Assembly: GCA_963734545.1 (NCBI GenBank)
Contig: CAVTHO010000004.1
Coordinates: 32,001 to 96,000 of the forward strand
Direction: 5' to 3'
From: an uncultured Spirochaetota bacterium
GTDB taxonomy: Bacteria > Spirochaetota > Spirochaetia > SZUA-6 > Fen-1364
DNA length: 64,000 bases
Shown: positions 19,814-30,505 of the stretch, one piece after another
Position numbering within the stretch: the first letter of the stretch is position 1
How the letters are laid out: each line of letters begins with the position of its first letter
The notes under the pieces: generated by a model
Seen by the model: only the letters and a program-made list of their open reading frames with translations
Told to the model about the DNA's origin: nothing
The model's database searches: none
Translations under genes and position numbers: made by a program

Positions 19814-22112
19814 TCAGGGCTCCATTGCGTCCGTCCAGGCCGCGAGGAACGCGCGCACGGCAGTCTTGGCGTTGATGCCGCCTTGATCCGCGTCGGGTGC
19901 CCCGATGCAGGAAGGACAACCGCTCTCGCAGGGACACCGCTCCACTACCTCCCGCGCGCCCCGCGCAATCCGCGGCAGGTCCTTCAGGAATCCCTCTGAG
20001 AGCCCGATCCCCCCGGGGTACTGGTCGTACACGTAGAGGCATGGGACCTTGAAGTGAGGGTCCCTGACCCTCTCCGATACTCCCAGGTCACGGGGATCGC
20101 AGAGCAGAAACACGGGGGCCACGGTGCGCAGGAGCACGCCCATCCTCTGGATGACGATGCCCTGCTCCGCCTCGGGAAGCGCGCCGAACCTCTTTCCCGG
20201 CAGCGGTGGCGGCGTCGAACAGGAGCACGGCGGACCGGGTGTGCATCTCGTCCGGCGGCAGCGTGATGTCGCCGTAGCCCACGTTCTCATTCGTGTGGTA
20301 CTTCAGCTTCTTGAACTTGGTCGCCTGGGTCCGCACGAGGAGGTCCCCCAGCACGGTGCGGATGCCCGCGGCGGCTTTCTCCTCGTCCTCGGTAAGGACC
20401 TTGATGTCCGTCTTGACTATGGAGTCGGTCCAGTAGTCCGTATCCGCGGTTTCCACGAAACACCGCCTGTTCTCGAGGTCGAGCTGCTTCACGGCGAACT
20501 GGTCACCCAGGTGGATGTAGATGGCGTGGTCGAACACGAGCAGCTTGGCAGAGGGCAGGTCCATCTCGCCGATCACCTCGTCCCTCCCCCGGGTCGTGTC
20601 CACGATCACCACGTTTTCCGCGGTGGAGGTGCGCAGGGAGACGTTCTCCGCCGGATAGGAACGATCCGCCCAGTACCATTTGACCCCCGCGTGCCGGATG
20701 ACCCCCTTTTCCGCGAGGGATTCCAGGAGCGCGGGGGTGTCATCGCCAAAGGTCTCCCCTTCCTCGAATGGCAGCTCGAAGAGGGCGCACTTCAGCTGGT
20801 CGGTCTGAATGAAGATATTGCCCGGATCGATGTAGCCGTTCTCCGGGGAGCGGGAGAAGAAGTACTCGGGATGCTGAATCACGAACTGGTCCGTGGGGGA
20901 GGAGGAGGCGACCAGGATGGAAAGGGACACGGTGTTCCGCCGCCCCGCCCTGCCCGCCTGCTGCCACGAGGAGGAGATGGTGCCGGGAAAGCCCGCAGAG
21001 AATGGAGGCGTCCAGCCCGCCGATGTCTATGCCGAGCTCGAGCGCGTTCGTGGAAACCACCCCCTGGATGCTTCCGTCCCGCAGGCCTTTCTCAATGGCG
21101 CGCCGCTCGTTCGGCAGGTAGCCGCCCCGGTAGGACTGCACGGTGATGCCGTGGTTGTCCGTGTAGAAGTTCTTCAGGGAGTCCCGGATATATGTGGCGA
21201 TGAGCTCCGTGCGCACGCGCGATCGGGCGAACACGATGGTCTTCACGCCCGCCTTGAGCAGGCGCGTGGCAATCCGCTGGCTCTCCAGCACCACGCTGCG
21301 CCTGATCCCCTGCACCCTGTCCACGAGCGGAGGATTGTAGAGCACGAAATGACGCTCGCCGGACGGGGAGCCGTTGTCGTCGATGAGGGTCACGTCCTGC
21401 TCCAGGATCTTCTTCGCCAGCTCGTGCGGGTTGCCGATGGTTGCCGAGCAGCAGATGAACAGGGGCGCGGCGCCGTAGAACGCCGGCAATCCTCTTCAGC
21501 GCGGCGGATCACGCTCGTCATGTGCGAGCCGAATACCCCCCGGTAGGAATGCATCTCGTCGATGACGACGAAGCGAAGGTGCTTCAGCGCCTTGATCCAC
21601 TTCGGGTGGTTGGGAAGGATGCCGGTGTGGAGCATGTCGGGGTTGGTGATGATGATCCTGCCCTCGTCCCGCGCGGAGATGCGGATGGAGCCCGGCGTGT
21701 CCCCGTCGTAGGTGAAGACCTTGACGGGGATCTCCCCGCCCAGCACGACCTCGTTCAACTCCGACTGCTGATCCTGGGAGAGGGCTTTTGTGGGGAACAG
21801 GTACAGCGCGCGGGCATCGGGGTCTTCCAGCAGCGCCTGGAGAACGGGAAGATTGTATGCCAGTGTTTTCCCGGACGCGGTGGGGCTGACGAGCACCACG
21901 CTCTTGCCCGCGCGCACCGCGTCCCACGTGGCAAGCTGGTGGCTGTAGATCCTGCCTATGCCCCGGGCCTGCAGCGCCTGGCGGATGCGGCTGTCCACGG
22001 CGGGCGGAATTTCCGCGTACGAGCCCGCGCGCGCCGGCACCACTTCCCAGTGGGTGACCCTTTCGCTGAACTCCGGGTCCCTGCGGAGCGACCCGATGAT
22101 GTCGGTGAGCAT
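19814..22112 (-). CDS. DEAD/DEAH helicase with DUF1998 (YprA/MrfA-like), about three apparent frameshifts
   Basis: PTASGKT, LFPTKALSQDQ, VIDEMH, SATIGNP, TNALELGIDIG, YDQYPGGIG and CPCESGCPSC spread over four ORFs. Confidence 0.9.
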
Positions 22113-22228
22113 CCCCCCTCCCCCCGGACCATAGTAACACGGCGGAGTCACTCGGACAATCAGCCGCGATACCCTGATCGGCCTTGACCGCAGGCACGGT
22201 GCGGCATACACTTTTCCGGGGGACGGAC

Positions 22229-23509
22229 ATGGCAAAAATCGTTGCGATCATACTTGGCGGCGGGAGAGGCCAGCGGTTGTACCCCCTCACCGCCAAGCGC
22301 GCGAAGCCGGCCGTACCGTTCGGGGGCAAGTTCCGTCTCGTGGACATCCCCATCTCGAACTGCATCCACGCGGGATTGCGGGAGATCTACATTCTCACAC
22401 AGTTCAATTCGGCTTCCCTGCACCGTCACATCAACAACACGTACAGGTTCGACACATTCAGCAAAGGCTTCGTGGAGGTCCTCGCCGCCGAGCAGACGCT
22501 GGAGTCGAGCGACTGGTACCAGGGCACGGCGGACGCCGTGCGGAAAAACTTCATTCATTTCGCGGACCAGTCCCCCACGCACTACCTGATCCTCTCCGGT
22601 GATCAGCTCTACCGCATGGACCTCATGGACATGTTCCGCTCCCACGTCGAGTCGAAGTCCGATATCACTGTCGCCGCGGTGACGATCACGCGTGAGAAGG
22701 CGAGCGGCCTCGGCATCCTCAAGATCGACAGCCGCTACCGGATCACGGAATTCATCGAGAAGCCGGCGCCGCAGGAAGACATTTCGGCGCTTGCCATTCC
22801 CCCGAAGATCAAGGAAATGGAAGACCTGGATTTCGAGGGTGAAGGGTTCCTCGCATCCATGGGCATATACATCTTCACCGCCGCTGCCATGAGAAAGGCC
22901 CTGAACAACTCCCATACGGATTTCGGCTCCCAGATCATCCCGTCCTCCATCGGATCAATGAACATGGGGGCGTACGTCTTCGACGACTACTGGGAGGACA
23001 TCGGAACGGTGCACAGCTTCTACGAGGCGAACATCAAGCTCGCCTCCATCAATCCGGACTTCAACCTCTACCTCGAAAACGCGCCCATCTTCTCCAACCG
23101 GCGTGACCTGGCGCCTTCCAAGATCAACTACAGCACCATCTCCACCTCCCTCGCGGCGGAAGGAAGCATCATCACCAACGCGAATATCGTCAATTCCATC
23201 GTCGGCATCCGCACGATCATCGAGAGCGGGGCGAACCTCGACGGCGTGGTCTGCATGGGCGCGGATTACTACGAGACGGCGGAAGACCGGGAGCGGAACA
23301 GCGGGGACGGAAGACCCAACGTGGGCATCGGCAAGAGCTGCATCATCAAGAGAGCCATCATCGACAAGAACGCCCGGATCGGGGAGAACTGCCGTCTGGG
23401 CATCGACGCCATCAGCCGTCCCGACGGGGACTACGAGAACTATTCCGTCCGTGACGGGATCATCGTCATCCCGAAGGATGCGGTTCTCCCCCCCGGGACG
23501 GTGATCTGA
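22229..23509 (+). CDS. glgC: Glucose-1-phosphate adenylyltransferase
   Basis: GGGRGQRLYPLTAKRAKPAVPFGG, WYQGTADAV, SGDQLY and YWEDIGT motifs. Confidence 0.96.
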   Translation: MAKIVAIILGGGRGQRLYPLTAKRAKPAVPFGGKFRLVDIPISNCIHAGLREIYILTQFNSASLHRHINNTYRFDTFSKGFVEVLAAEQTLESSDWYQGTADAVRKNFIHFADQSPTHYLILSGDQLYRMDLMDMFRSHVESKSDITVAAVTITREKASGLGILKIDSRYRITEFIEKPAPQEDISALAIPPKIKEMEDLDFEGEGFLASMGIYIFTAAAMRKALNNSHTDFGSQIIPSSIGSMNMGAYVFDDYWEDIGTVHSFYEANIKLASINPDFNLYLENAPIFSNRRDLAPSKINYSTISTSLAAEGSIITNANIVNSIVGIRTIIESGANLDGVVCMGADYYETAEDRERNSGDGRPNVGIGKSCIIKRAIIDKNARIGENCRLGIDAISRPDGDYENYSVRDGIIVIPKDAVLPPGTVI

Positions 23510-23556
23510 GGTCCCTCGCGGCCCGATGGCAGCGCGGCCCGATCATTGAGCAGCCA

Positions 23557-24702
23557 GTGAGCGACAATCAGTCGAAGGCGATCCGCGCGGAGGATTACGC
23601 CGCCGCGCTCGAGCTGCTGGAGAGCGTCACCCGCATCGACACGGAGGAGGAAGTCAGCGCAGGCATCGTACGCCTGTTCACGAAGCTCTTCGATGCCGAA
23701 CGCGTCTCCTATGCCACGGTGGAGCGCGGCATTCCCCGTCCGATCGTCCAGTCCCCGGGTCCCGAGGGTGAAGCAGAGCTGGGAGAGATGCTGGCCTACC
23801 TGGACAGCGCCACGGAGATCGCGCTCCCCACCGCGTCCGGCAGCGGATTCATTGCGGGCATCCAGCGTGACGGAGAGCTCATGGGGATCGTCCGCGTGGG
23901 CCGGGTGGCGTCTGCCCCGGTCTCACGCTGCATCGAGCTGGCGCGGGCAATCAGCGGCGTCTGCGGCCTGGCCGTGGACAATGCCCGGGCATATGCGCGG
24001 ATCGCCGTGATGGACGCCGAGAGGGTGCGGGCCGTCAAGCTGGAGAGCCTGGGCCTTTTTGCGGGCGGCATGGCGCACGACTTCAACAATCTGCTCACCA
24101 TCGTGGTGGGGCATGCGGACCTTCTCTCCCGGCATCCCGACGATCCCGAGGAGATCCGGCAGGCGGCGGATGCCATCCTCGGCTCGGCCCGGCGCGCGGC
24201 GGACATCGTGGGGAGGCTCGTTGCCGCGGCCGCGGTGCAGATGCTGAACGTGGAGGCGGCGGACCTCAACTCCATCGTGTCCCAGTCGGTCGGCGCATTG
24301 CAGTCGATTCTCGGCGCGGAGATCGAGCTCCACCTCGACCTTTCCGGGCCGCCGGTGCCCGTGCGGGCAGACACGGAACAGATGAAGACCGTCCTTGTCA
24401 ACCTTGCGACCAACGCGCGGGACGCGATGCCGGAGGGAGGCATCTTCACCGTCCGGACGGCCGCCGCGGCGGGCCGGGCCGTCCTTTCCTGCATGGATAC
24501 GGGAAGGGGCATGGACGAGGAGACGAGAAAAAGGATCTTCGAGCCTTACTTCACGACCCGGGAGTTCGGGAGGAGCGCCGGCTGGGGACTGGCAGTCTGC
24601 AACGGCATCATCAGGCAGCATGAGGGAGAGATCCGGGTGGCAAGCGTGCCGGACGAAGGCTCCACCTTTACCATCAGCCTTCCGCTTCTTGTTTCGGATT
24701 GA
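23557..24702 (+). CDS. Cytoplasmic sensor histidine kinase (GAF-like + HisKA + HATPase)
   Basis: AHDFNNLL, NLATNARDAM, DTGRGM and IFEPYFTT motifs; no receiver domain. Confidence 0.88.
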   Translation: MSDNQSKAIRAEDYAAALELLESVTRIDTEEEVSAGIVRLFTKLFDAERVSYATVERGIPRPIVQSPGPEGEAELGEMLAYLDSATEIALPTASGSGFIAGIQRDGELMGIVRVGRVASAPVSRCIELARAISGVCGLAVDNARAYARIAVMDAERVRAVKLESLGLFAGGMAHDFNNLLTIVVGHADLLSRHPDDPEEIRQAADAILGSARRAADIVGRLVAAAAVQMLNVEAADLNSIVSQSVGALQSILGAEIELHLDLSGPPVPVRADTEQMKTVLVNLATNARDAMPEGGIFTVRTAAAAGRAVLSCMDTGRGMDEETRKRIFEPYFTTREFGRSAGWGLAVCNGIIRQHEGEIRVASVPDEGSTFTISLPLLVSD

Positions 24703-26059
24703 CCTCCCGGCGCACCTTGTCCGCCCGTACCGTGGCGTTCTCGATTGCCAGGAGCTCCAGCTTGATGCTGCGGGCCGGGCTCCGCCGCTCCTGCACGGCA
24801 CGCACCTGGAACAGGGCGTTCAATCCCTCCATGCGCCGGTAGACGCGGCGCACGTGGTGGAGCTGCCAGTCGAGAAAATCCCCCAGCTGCTCCTGGGTCT
24901 TTTCCTGGATCCGCCGGGATTCGGGATTCGAGTCATCCAGGGTCTCGGAGAGCATGCCCGCCACATCGCGCAGCTCCGCGGCGAATTTCAGGAAGTCGAC
25001 GGATTCCATTCGCGGCTCCGCGCTCTGGGTTCTCCTGACCTCGATCTCGTAGAACCGGTGCTCGATGGTGCCCAGGCTCTTGCGGAACCATCGCCGGATG
25101 CGCTGGAAGAAGGTAAGGCTGTACTTTTCCAGCGCCCGCTCATTGGCAATGAGTACCGCCTCCGCCCGGCTTATCTCCTCGTTCGTCCTGCAAAGCCCCC
25201 GGATGGCATCGAGGAGCTCGGGGCGGCGATCCAGGGGAACCGGTGCCTGCACCACCGGCGCCTTGGGAATCGCGAGCGAGGTCAGCAGCTTCTCCTGGCG
25301 CGCGAGGGCGTCTTCCGATGTCTCCTCCGCCAGGATCTCCTGTGCGAGCTCGGGGTACCAGACTCCCTCCGGCAGGTACTGGTCGAAAGCGCGTTTGAAA
25401 TAGAGAAGCTCCTCCTCGGGGTTCCGTCCGGCGGCAGGGCCGACGGGCGCCTGACGCGCAAGCACCTTCAGGCGCGCATCGACCTTCCACGCCTCGCGAT
25501 GCCACGCCTCCAGCTCGGCAACCTGTGACCTGATCTGCGGCATCAGCTTCTCCACCTGGGAGTGTGATTCGCTGATCACGCGCGCGGACAAGGCGTCCGT
25601 GCTGATCCGCACCCGGGACGTCAGCCGCGCCAGGGCACGCGTGGTATGGCTCCGCGATACCTCCCCGTAGCCGTCCCAGTCGACGTAGGAGACGAGCGCG
25701 GATATCTTCTTGAGCCCCGGCAGGTCGGAGGCGGCGAGCGTGGCGGGAAATCCCAGCACCATGAGCTCGAGCTGGCGGCGAAACGCGGACACGCGGACGC
25801 TCAATTCATCCGCTTCAAGGGCTTCGGGGATCGGAGTGTCCGGGGGAGTCAGGGCGCCCTTTGCGTTTCCCTCATATTCGTACGGATCCTCCCGCATGAG
25901 TCCCTTTTTGACGAGCGTCCCGATGATTGTCTCGAAGAGATTGCGATACGTGCGCAGCGCGTCCCGAAGCGGCAGGAGCCGCGTTGTCTCGAGCCAGCGG
26001 CCGCGGGCCGCGAGCGCCGCTTCCAGCCGAGGGAGGAAATCTCCGGTTCCATCGCCCAT
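24674..26059 (-). CDS. Hypothetical helical protein downstream of mfd
   Basis: 461-aa ORF with a TATAAT 7 nt upstream of ATG; LVKKGLMREDPYEY segment; no motif recognised. Confidence 0.7.
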   Translation of the reverse strand: MGDGTGDFLPRLEAALAARGRWLETTRLLPLRDALRTYRNLFETIIGTLVKKGLMREDPYEYEGNAKGALTPPDTPIPEALEADELSVRVSAFRRQLELMVLGFPATLAASDLPGLKKISALVSYVDWDGYGEVSRSHTTRALARLTSRVRISTDALSARVISESHSQVEKLMPQIRSQVAELEAWHREAWKVDARLKVLARQAPVGPAAGRNPEEELLYFKRAFDQYLPEGVWYPELAQEILAEETSEDALARQEKLLTSLAIPKAPVVQAPVPLDRRPELLDAIRGLCRTNEEISRAEAVLIANERALEKYSLTFFQRIRRWFRKSLGTIEHRFYEIEVRRTQSAEPRMESVDFLKFAAELRDVAGMLSETLDDSNPESRRIQEKTQEQLGDFLDWQLHHVRRVYRRMEGLNALFQVRAVQERRSPARSIKLELLAIENATVRADKVRREVNPKQEAEG

Positions 26060-26092
26060 GCACAGGATTATATGACAGGAGGCCGCTCATTG

Positions 26093-29000
26093 CTACGACA
26101 CGAGCAATGCGAGCCTGTCCTTGAGGAATTCGGATTTCTCCCGCAGCCCGATGGGGCCAGTCTTCAAAAGAAGGAAATTCGGCATCTGGGGATCCAGCGT
26201 CACGCGCCCGCCGCCCTCCCTCACCATGCGCACGATCTTGTCAATGGACACCTTCGAGAGTCTCGAGAACTCCACGCGCAGCGTGCCCTTTTCCTCCTTG
26301 ATGGAAGTGATGAAGAGCTTCCGGCAGATCACGCGGATCTCCGCCAGGGCCAGGACGCTGTGCACCTCGTCCGGGATGGGCCCGAACCGATCCTCGATCT
26401 CCTTGTAGACCCGGTCGAACTCCTCCTCGGTGGTGATCGCGGCGATCTTCTTGTACACGCCCATCTTCTCCATGGCATCGGGTATGTAGGAGTCGGGAAT
26501 GAATCCTGAATACTCCAGGTCCATGAAGACTTCCGGAGCCTCGTCACGACTCTCACGGGAGAGGGCGGCCACCGCTTCGTCGAGCATCTTGAGATACAGG
26601 TCGTAGCCCACGGAAAGGATGTAGCCGTGCTGCTCCCTGCCCAGGATGTTCCCCGCGCCGCGGATCTCCAGGTCCTTGAGCGCGATCTTGAACCCGGATC
26701 CGAGCTCCGTATGGTCCGAGATGATGCGCAGGCGCTTCATCGAGATCTCGCTCAGCGCGCGGCGGTCGGGGTAGAACAGGTACGCGTACGCGGTGATGCC
26801 GGCGCGCCCCACCCTGCCCCGCAGCTGGTAGAGCTGGGAAACGCCCAGCATGTCCGCCCGGTCGATGATGATGGTGTTCACGTTCGGGATATCCAGGCCG
26901 TTCTCGATGATGGTGGTGGTGAGGAGCATCTGGCGCTCCCCGTGCACGAAGCTCCGCATCACCTCCTCCAGCTCGTCGTCGTCCATCTGGCCGTGCCCGA
27001 CCGCGATGGAGACCTCCGGCACCAGCATCTGCAGGGACAGATGGATGGCCTGGATCGTTTCCACCCTGTTGTGGAGATAGAAGATCTGCCCTCCCCGGTC
27101 TATTTCCTGCCGTATGGCCCGGGCAACGAGCTCTTCATTGTACTCCATCACGTAGGTCTCGATGGGCAGGCGGTTCTGCGGCGCCGTGTTGAGGATCGAC
27201 ATGTCGCGCACCTTCATCAGCGACATGTTGAGCGTGCGGGGGATGGGAGTGGCCGTCAGGGTGAGGCAGTCCACGGAGGTCTTGATCTGCTTGAGGCGTT
27301 CCTTGTGCTTGACCCCGAAGCGCTGCTCCTCGTCCACCACGAGCAGCCCCAGGTTCCTGAACTTCACGTCCTTCTGTATGAGCCTGTGGGTGCCAATGGC
27401 GATGTCGACTGTCCCCTCCGCAATTGCCGCGATGGCCGTCTTCAGCTCCCGGGCCGAGCGGAACCGGGAGAGCATGGCGATCTTCACCGGATAGCGCCCG
27501 AACCGGTCCTGGAAGGTCTCGAAGTGCTGCTCCACGAGAATCGTCGTGGGAGCCAGCAGCGCAACCTGCTTGCCGCCCATCACGGCCTTGAATGCCGCCC
27601 GCAGCGCGATCTCCGTCTTGCCGTAGCCCACGTCGCCGCAGACCAGGCGATCCATCGGCGTGGGCTTCTCCATGTCGCTCTTCACGTCCTCGATGCACTT
27701 GAGCTGATCCTCGGTCTCCTGGTAAGGAAAGGCGGCCTCGAATTCGCTCTGCCAGTCGGTGTCCGCGGCGAAAGCGAATCCGGGATCCGCCTTGCGGCGG
27801 GAGTAGAGCTCCAGCAGCCCTTCGGCCAGCTCCTCGACCGCCTTCTTCGCCTTCTCTTTTCTGTGCTGCCAGCCCTTGCCTCCCAGGCTGTCGAGCCGCG
27901 GCGCTTTTCCTTCCTGCCCGATGTAGCGCTGGATGAGGTTGACCTGCTCGATGGGGATGAAGAGCTTCTCCGATTCCGCATATTCCAGCGTGATGTAGTC
28001 CCGCTCATTGCCGGCGGCGGAGATCCGCTCGATGCCGAGGAACGCCCCGATTCCGTAGTTGACGTGCACGACGAAATCCCCCGGGGTGAGCTCCACGAAG
28101 CTCTCTATGGCCGCGCTCTTCACCGCGCCCACCGAACGCGGGATGCGTCTCTTGCGGCCGAAAATCTCCGCCTCCTGGATGGCCAGTATCTTCTGCTCGG
28201 GCAGGGCGAATCCCGCGGATATGCTCTGCGGCAGGATCGTGACCTGCAGGTCCTTCAGGATGTGCCGCAGCCGGTCCGCCTGGACGTCGTACACGGCGAA
28301 AATGAAAACCGCGTACCCGTTTTTCAGCGACGACTCCACCTCCTCGCGGAAAAAAGTGAAATTGCCGAAGAACGACCGGGGGCCGTCCGAGCTGAGCAGG
28401 AACGTCGAAGGGCCGTCAGCGGAGGCCCCGGCAGGGCCGGAGCTCGCGGGCAATGCCGGGAAATCGACCACGCGACGCATGCGCTCCCGCACGTGCGCAA
28501 AGTCGAGCAGTATCTTCTGGGGCCCGGGGACCACCTGCCCGCGGGCACGCGCACGGCGGAACAATTCAAGGTGCTCCTTGCGGAGCGCCGCCGCATAGGT
28601 GGAAAGGCGGTCGCCGTCCACCAGGAAGACACGCGCCGAGTCGGCCAGGAAGTCCATCAGGGAATGCTGCGCGGGGAAGCACAACGGGTAGAAAAGCTCG
28701 ACCCCGCCGAGCTCCTGGTCCTCCATGAAGGCGGTGACAGTATTCTCGACCTCCTGCTCCGAGAAGCCCTGCGCACGCAGGCCGGCGCGCACCGCCTCTG
28801 CCATTCCGCCGTCGAGCAGCACCTCCCGACAGGGGGTGATTTCCACCTTCTCCAGGGAGCCGGTCGAGCCCTGGTCCAGGGGATCGAAGCTGCGAATACC
28901 CGTCACCTCGTCGAAGTCCAGCGTGATCCGCACCGCCTGGTCCTGTCCGGGCGGGTACACGTCGATGACCTCGCCGCGCACCGCGAACTCCCCGTGCACG

Positions 29001-29518
29001 GTGACGGTGGGAACCCGCAGGTAGCCGGCGCGCGCCAGGCGGTCCGCGGTCCGCGGAGGATCCAGGGTCTGCCCGCGGGCGATGGTGAAGATCTGCGCGG
29101 AAAGATAAGCGGGATCCGGCACCGGCGTGAGAAGGGCGCGCAGGGGCGCGACAACCATGAGAGGTTCCCGGGCAAGCAGCCGGGAAAGGATACGCACCCT
29201 GTCCCCGAAAATGGAAACGAGCGGGCTTGCGCCCTCATACGGAGCGGTGCCCCACCAGGGAAAGAGAGCCGCGCGGCCCGAGCCGAACGCGTCCGTGTCC
29301 TGGACGATGTTCTCCGCCTCCCTCTCGGTGGGGGTCACCACGAGGGCGGGACCCTCCTCCCCCGCCTGGAGGAAATCCAGCACCATGGACAGGTAGGCGC
29401 CCTTCGGCCCCGTTACCCGCACGGGCCCTGCGTCTTTCGCGATCGCGGAGGTGAGAGACTTGAATACGCGGGAGGCCGCGAAGTGCCTCTCCATCTGTTT
29501 TCGGAATAAGTTTGTCAC
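26093..29518 (-). CDS. mfd: Transcription-repair coupling factor Mfd
   Basis: GDFVVHVNYGIG, CGDVGYGKTE, VDEEQRFG, QLRGRVGR and TRCF C-terminal domain. Confidence 0.97.
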   Translation of the reverse strand: MTNLFRKQMERHFAASRVFKSLTSAIAKDAGPVRVTGPKGAYLSMVLDFLQAGEEGPALVVTPTEREAENIVQDTDAFGSGRAALFPWWGTAPYEGASPLVSIFGDRVRILSRLLAREPLMVVAPLRALLTPVPDPAYLSAQIFTIARGQTLDPPRTADRLARAGYLRVPTVTVHGEFAVRGEVIDVYPPGQDQAVRITLDFDEVTGIRSFDPLDQGSTGSLEKVEITPCREVLLDGGMAEAVRAGLRAQGFSEQEVENTVTAFMEDQELGGVELFYPLCFPAQHSLMDFLADSARVFLVDGDRLSTYAAALRKEHLELFRRARARGQVVPGPQKILLDFAHVRERMRRVVDFPALPASSGPAGASADGPSTFLLSSDGPRSFFGNFTFFREEVESSLKNGYAVFIFAVYDVQADRLRHILKDLQVTILPQSISAGFALPEQKILAIQEAEIFGRKRRIPRSVGAVKSAAIESFVELTPGDFVVHVNYGIGAFLGIERISAAGNERDYITLEYAESEKLFIPIEQVNLIQRYIGQEGKAPRLDSLGGKGWQHRKEKAKKAVEELAEGLLELYSRRKADPGFAFAADTDWQSEFEAAFPYQETEDQLKCIEDVKSDMEKPTPMDRLVCGDVGYGKTEIALRAAFKAVMGGKQVALLAPTTILVEQHFETFQDRFGRYPVKIAMLSRFRSARELKTAIAAIAEGTVDIAIGTHRLIQKDVKFRNLGLLVVDEEQRFGVKHKERLKQIKTSVDCLTLTATPIPRTLNMSLMKVRDMSILNTAPQNRLPIETYVMEYNEELVARAIRQEIDRGGQIFYLHNRVETIQAIHLSLQMLVPEVSIAVGHGQMDDDELEEVMRSFVHGERQMLLTTTIIENGLDIPNVNTIIIDRADMLGVSQLYQLRGRVGRAGITAYAYLFYPDRRALSEISMKRLRIISDHTELGSGFKIALKDLEIRGAGNILGREQHGYILSVGYDLYLKMLDEAVAALSRESRDEAPEVFMDLEYSGFIPDSYIPDAMEKMGVYKKIAAITTEEEFDRVYKEIEDRFGPIPDEVHSVLALAEIRVICRKLFITSIKEEKGTLRVEFSRLSKVSIDKIVRMVREGGGRVTLDPQMPNFLLLKTGPIGLREKSEFLKDRLALLVS

Positions 29519-29533
29519 GGATTCAACCGACTA
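29507..29533 (+). promoter_or_regulatory. sigma28-like promoter for the 29561 operon
   Basis: TAAG-N15-ACCGACTA upstream of GTG 29561. Confidence 0.4.
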
Positions 29534-29560
29534 TAATAAGGGGAGAAGGAAGAAACCGTC

Positions 29561-30505
29561 GTGAGAAAAACTATCACCGCCGTCCTCGTGCTCTTCGCAG
29601 TCTCAAGCCCCTTCTGGGCGGCAAGCCAGGATAACCAGCAGTTCAGCATCAGGTTCTTCGATCAAAGGGTGTATTTCCTGGGGGACGAGATCCAGGTCGA
29701 GGCGGTCATCACCAACACCGGCACGGATACGCTTCGGTTCAAGATGGCGGACAACCGCTTCTTCAACATGGATTTCGACGTCCGCACGACACGGAACGTC
29801 GGCCTGGACCACGCCAGGGAGTTTACCATAGAGCGGAACTCGGATCAACCGGTGTTCTTCCGCGAGGTGAGCCTCGAGCCGGGAGAAAAGTACGGTATCG
29901 TGGTGGACCTCACCCAGTTCGCCGCCTTCACCTCGCCCGGCCAGTACGTGCTGCAGGCCGCGTTCTTTCCCGAGCTCTTCCGAGGCCCGGACTCTTCCTC
30001 CATGAAATCCAACAGGCTTTCCCTGAACGTCAAGCCGGCCGCGGCAAGCGCCGAGGAAAAGGCGGCAATGCAGGCGGAGAGCGGCGCCCTGCTGGCGCGC
30101 CAGCCCCTGCCGCCCGACGAGGTGGTGAGCGGGACGGTGTCTGCGCGGCAGAAGAGCCTGTGGGAGCGATTCTTCCTCTACCTGGACCTGGAGTCGCTCA
30201 TGCGGAAGAATCCGGAAAAAGACCGGATATTCCGCAATTCCACCGAGGCCCAGCAGCGCCAGATGGTGGACCAGTTCCGCCAGCAGCTCCGCCAGACGAC
30301 CATCCGGCAGGACATCAGCGTGATTCCCACCTCCTTTGAGATCAGGAAGACCACCTATGACAGCTCCGAGGGGACGGTGGAGGTCCTGGAAAAGTTCAAG
30401 TACCCTGACTACACCGAGCTCAAGGCTTATACATACCACTTGAAGAAGAGGGACCGGTTCTGGATAATCTACGACTACGAAATCAAGAACCTGGGTACCG
30501 AATAA
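29561..30505 (+). CDS. Exported hypothetical protein
   Basis: Signal peptide MRKTITAVLVLFAVSSPFWA; Ig-like N-half and alpha/beta C-half; codon usage typical of the host. Confidence 0.75.
   Translation: MRKTITAVLVLFAVSSPFWAASQDNQQFSIRFFDQRVYFLGDEIQVEAVITNTGTDTLRFKMADNRFFNMDFDVRTTRNVGLDHAREFTIERNSDQPVFFREVSLEPGEKYGIVVDLTQFAAFTSPGQYVLQAAFFPELFRGPDSSSMKSNRLSLNVKPAAASAEEKAAMQAESGALLARQPLPPDEVVSGTVSARQKSLWERFFLYLDLESLMRKNPEKDRIFRNSTEAQQRQMVDQFRQQLRQTTIRQDISVIPTSFEIRKTTYDSSEGTVEVLEKFKYPDYTELKAYTYHLKKRDRFWIIYDYEIKNLGTE

Noticed and set aside
18740-22112. DUF1998 helicase + nuclease as an anti-phage system (DISARM/Druantia-like)
   Set aside because: The two-gene layout matches YprA/YprB (MrfAB) DNA repair and sits in core context without methylase or other defence genes.
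26627-29509. 960-aa + strand ORF and many other long antisense ORFs
   Set aside because: Shadow ORFs of mfd and other genes caused by high GC codon bias; no recognisable motifs.
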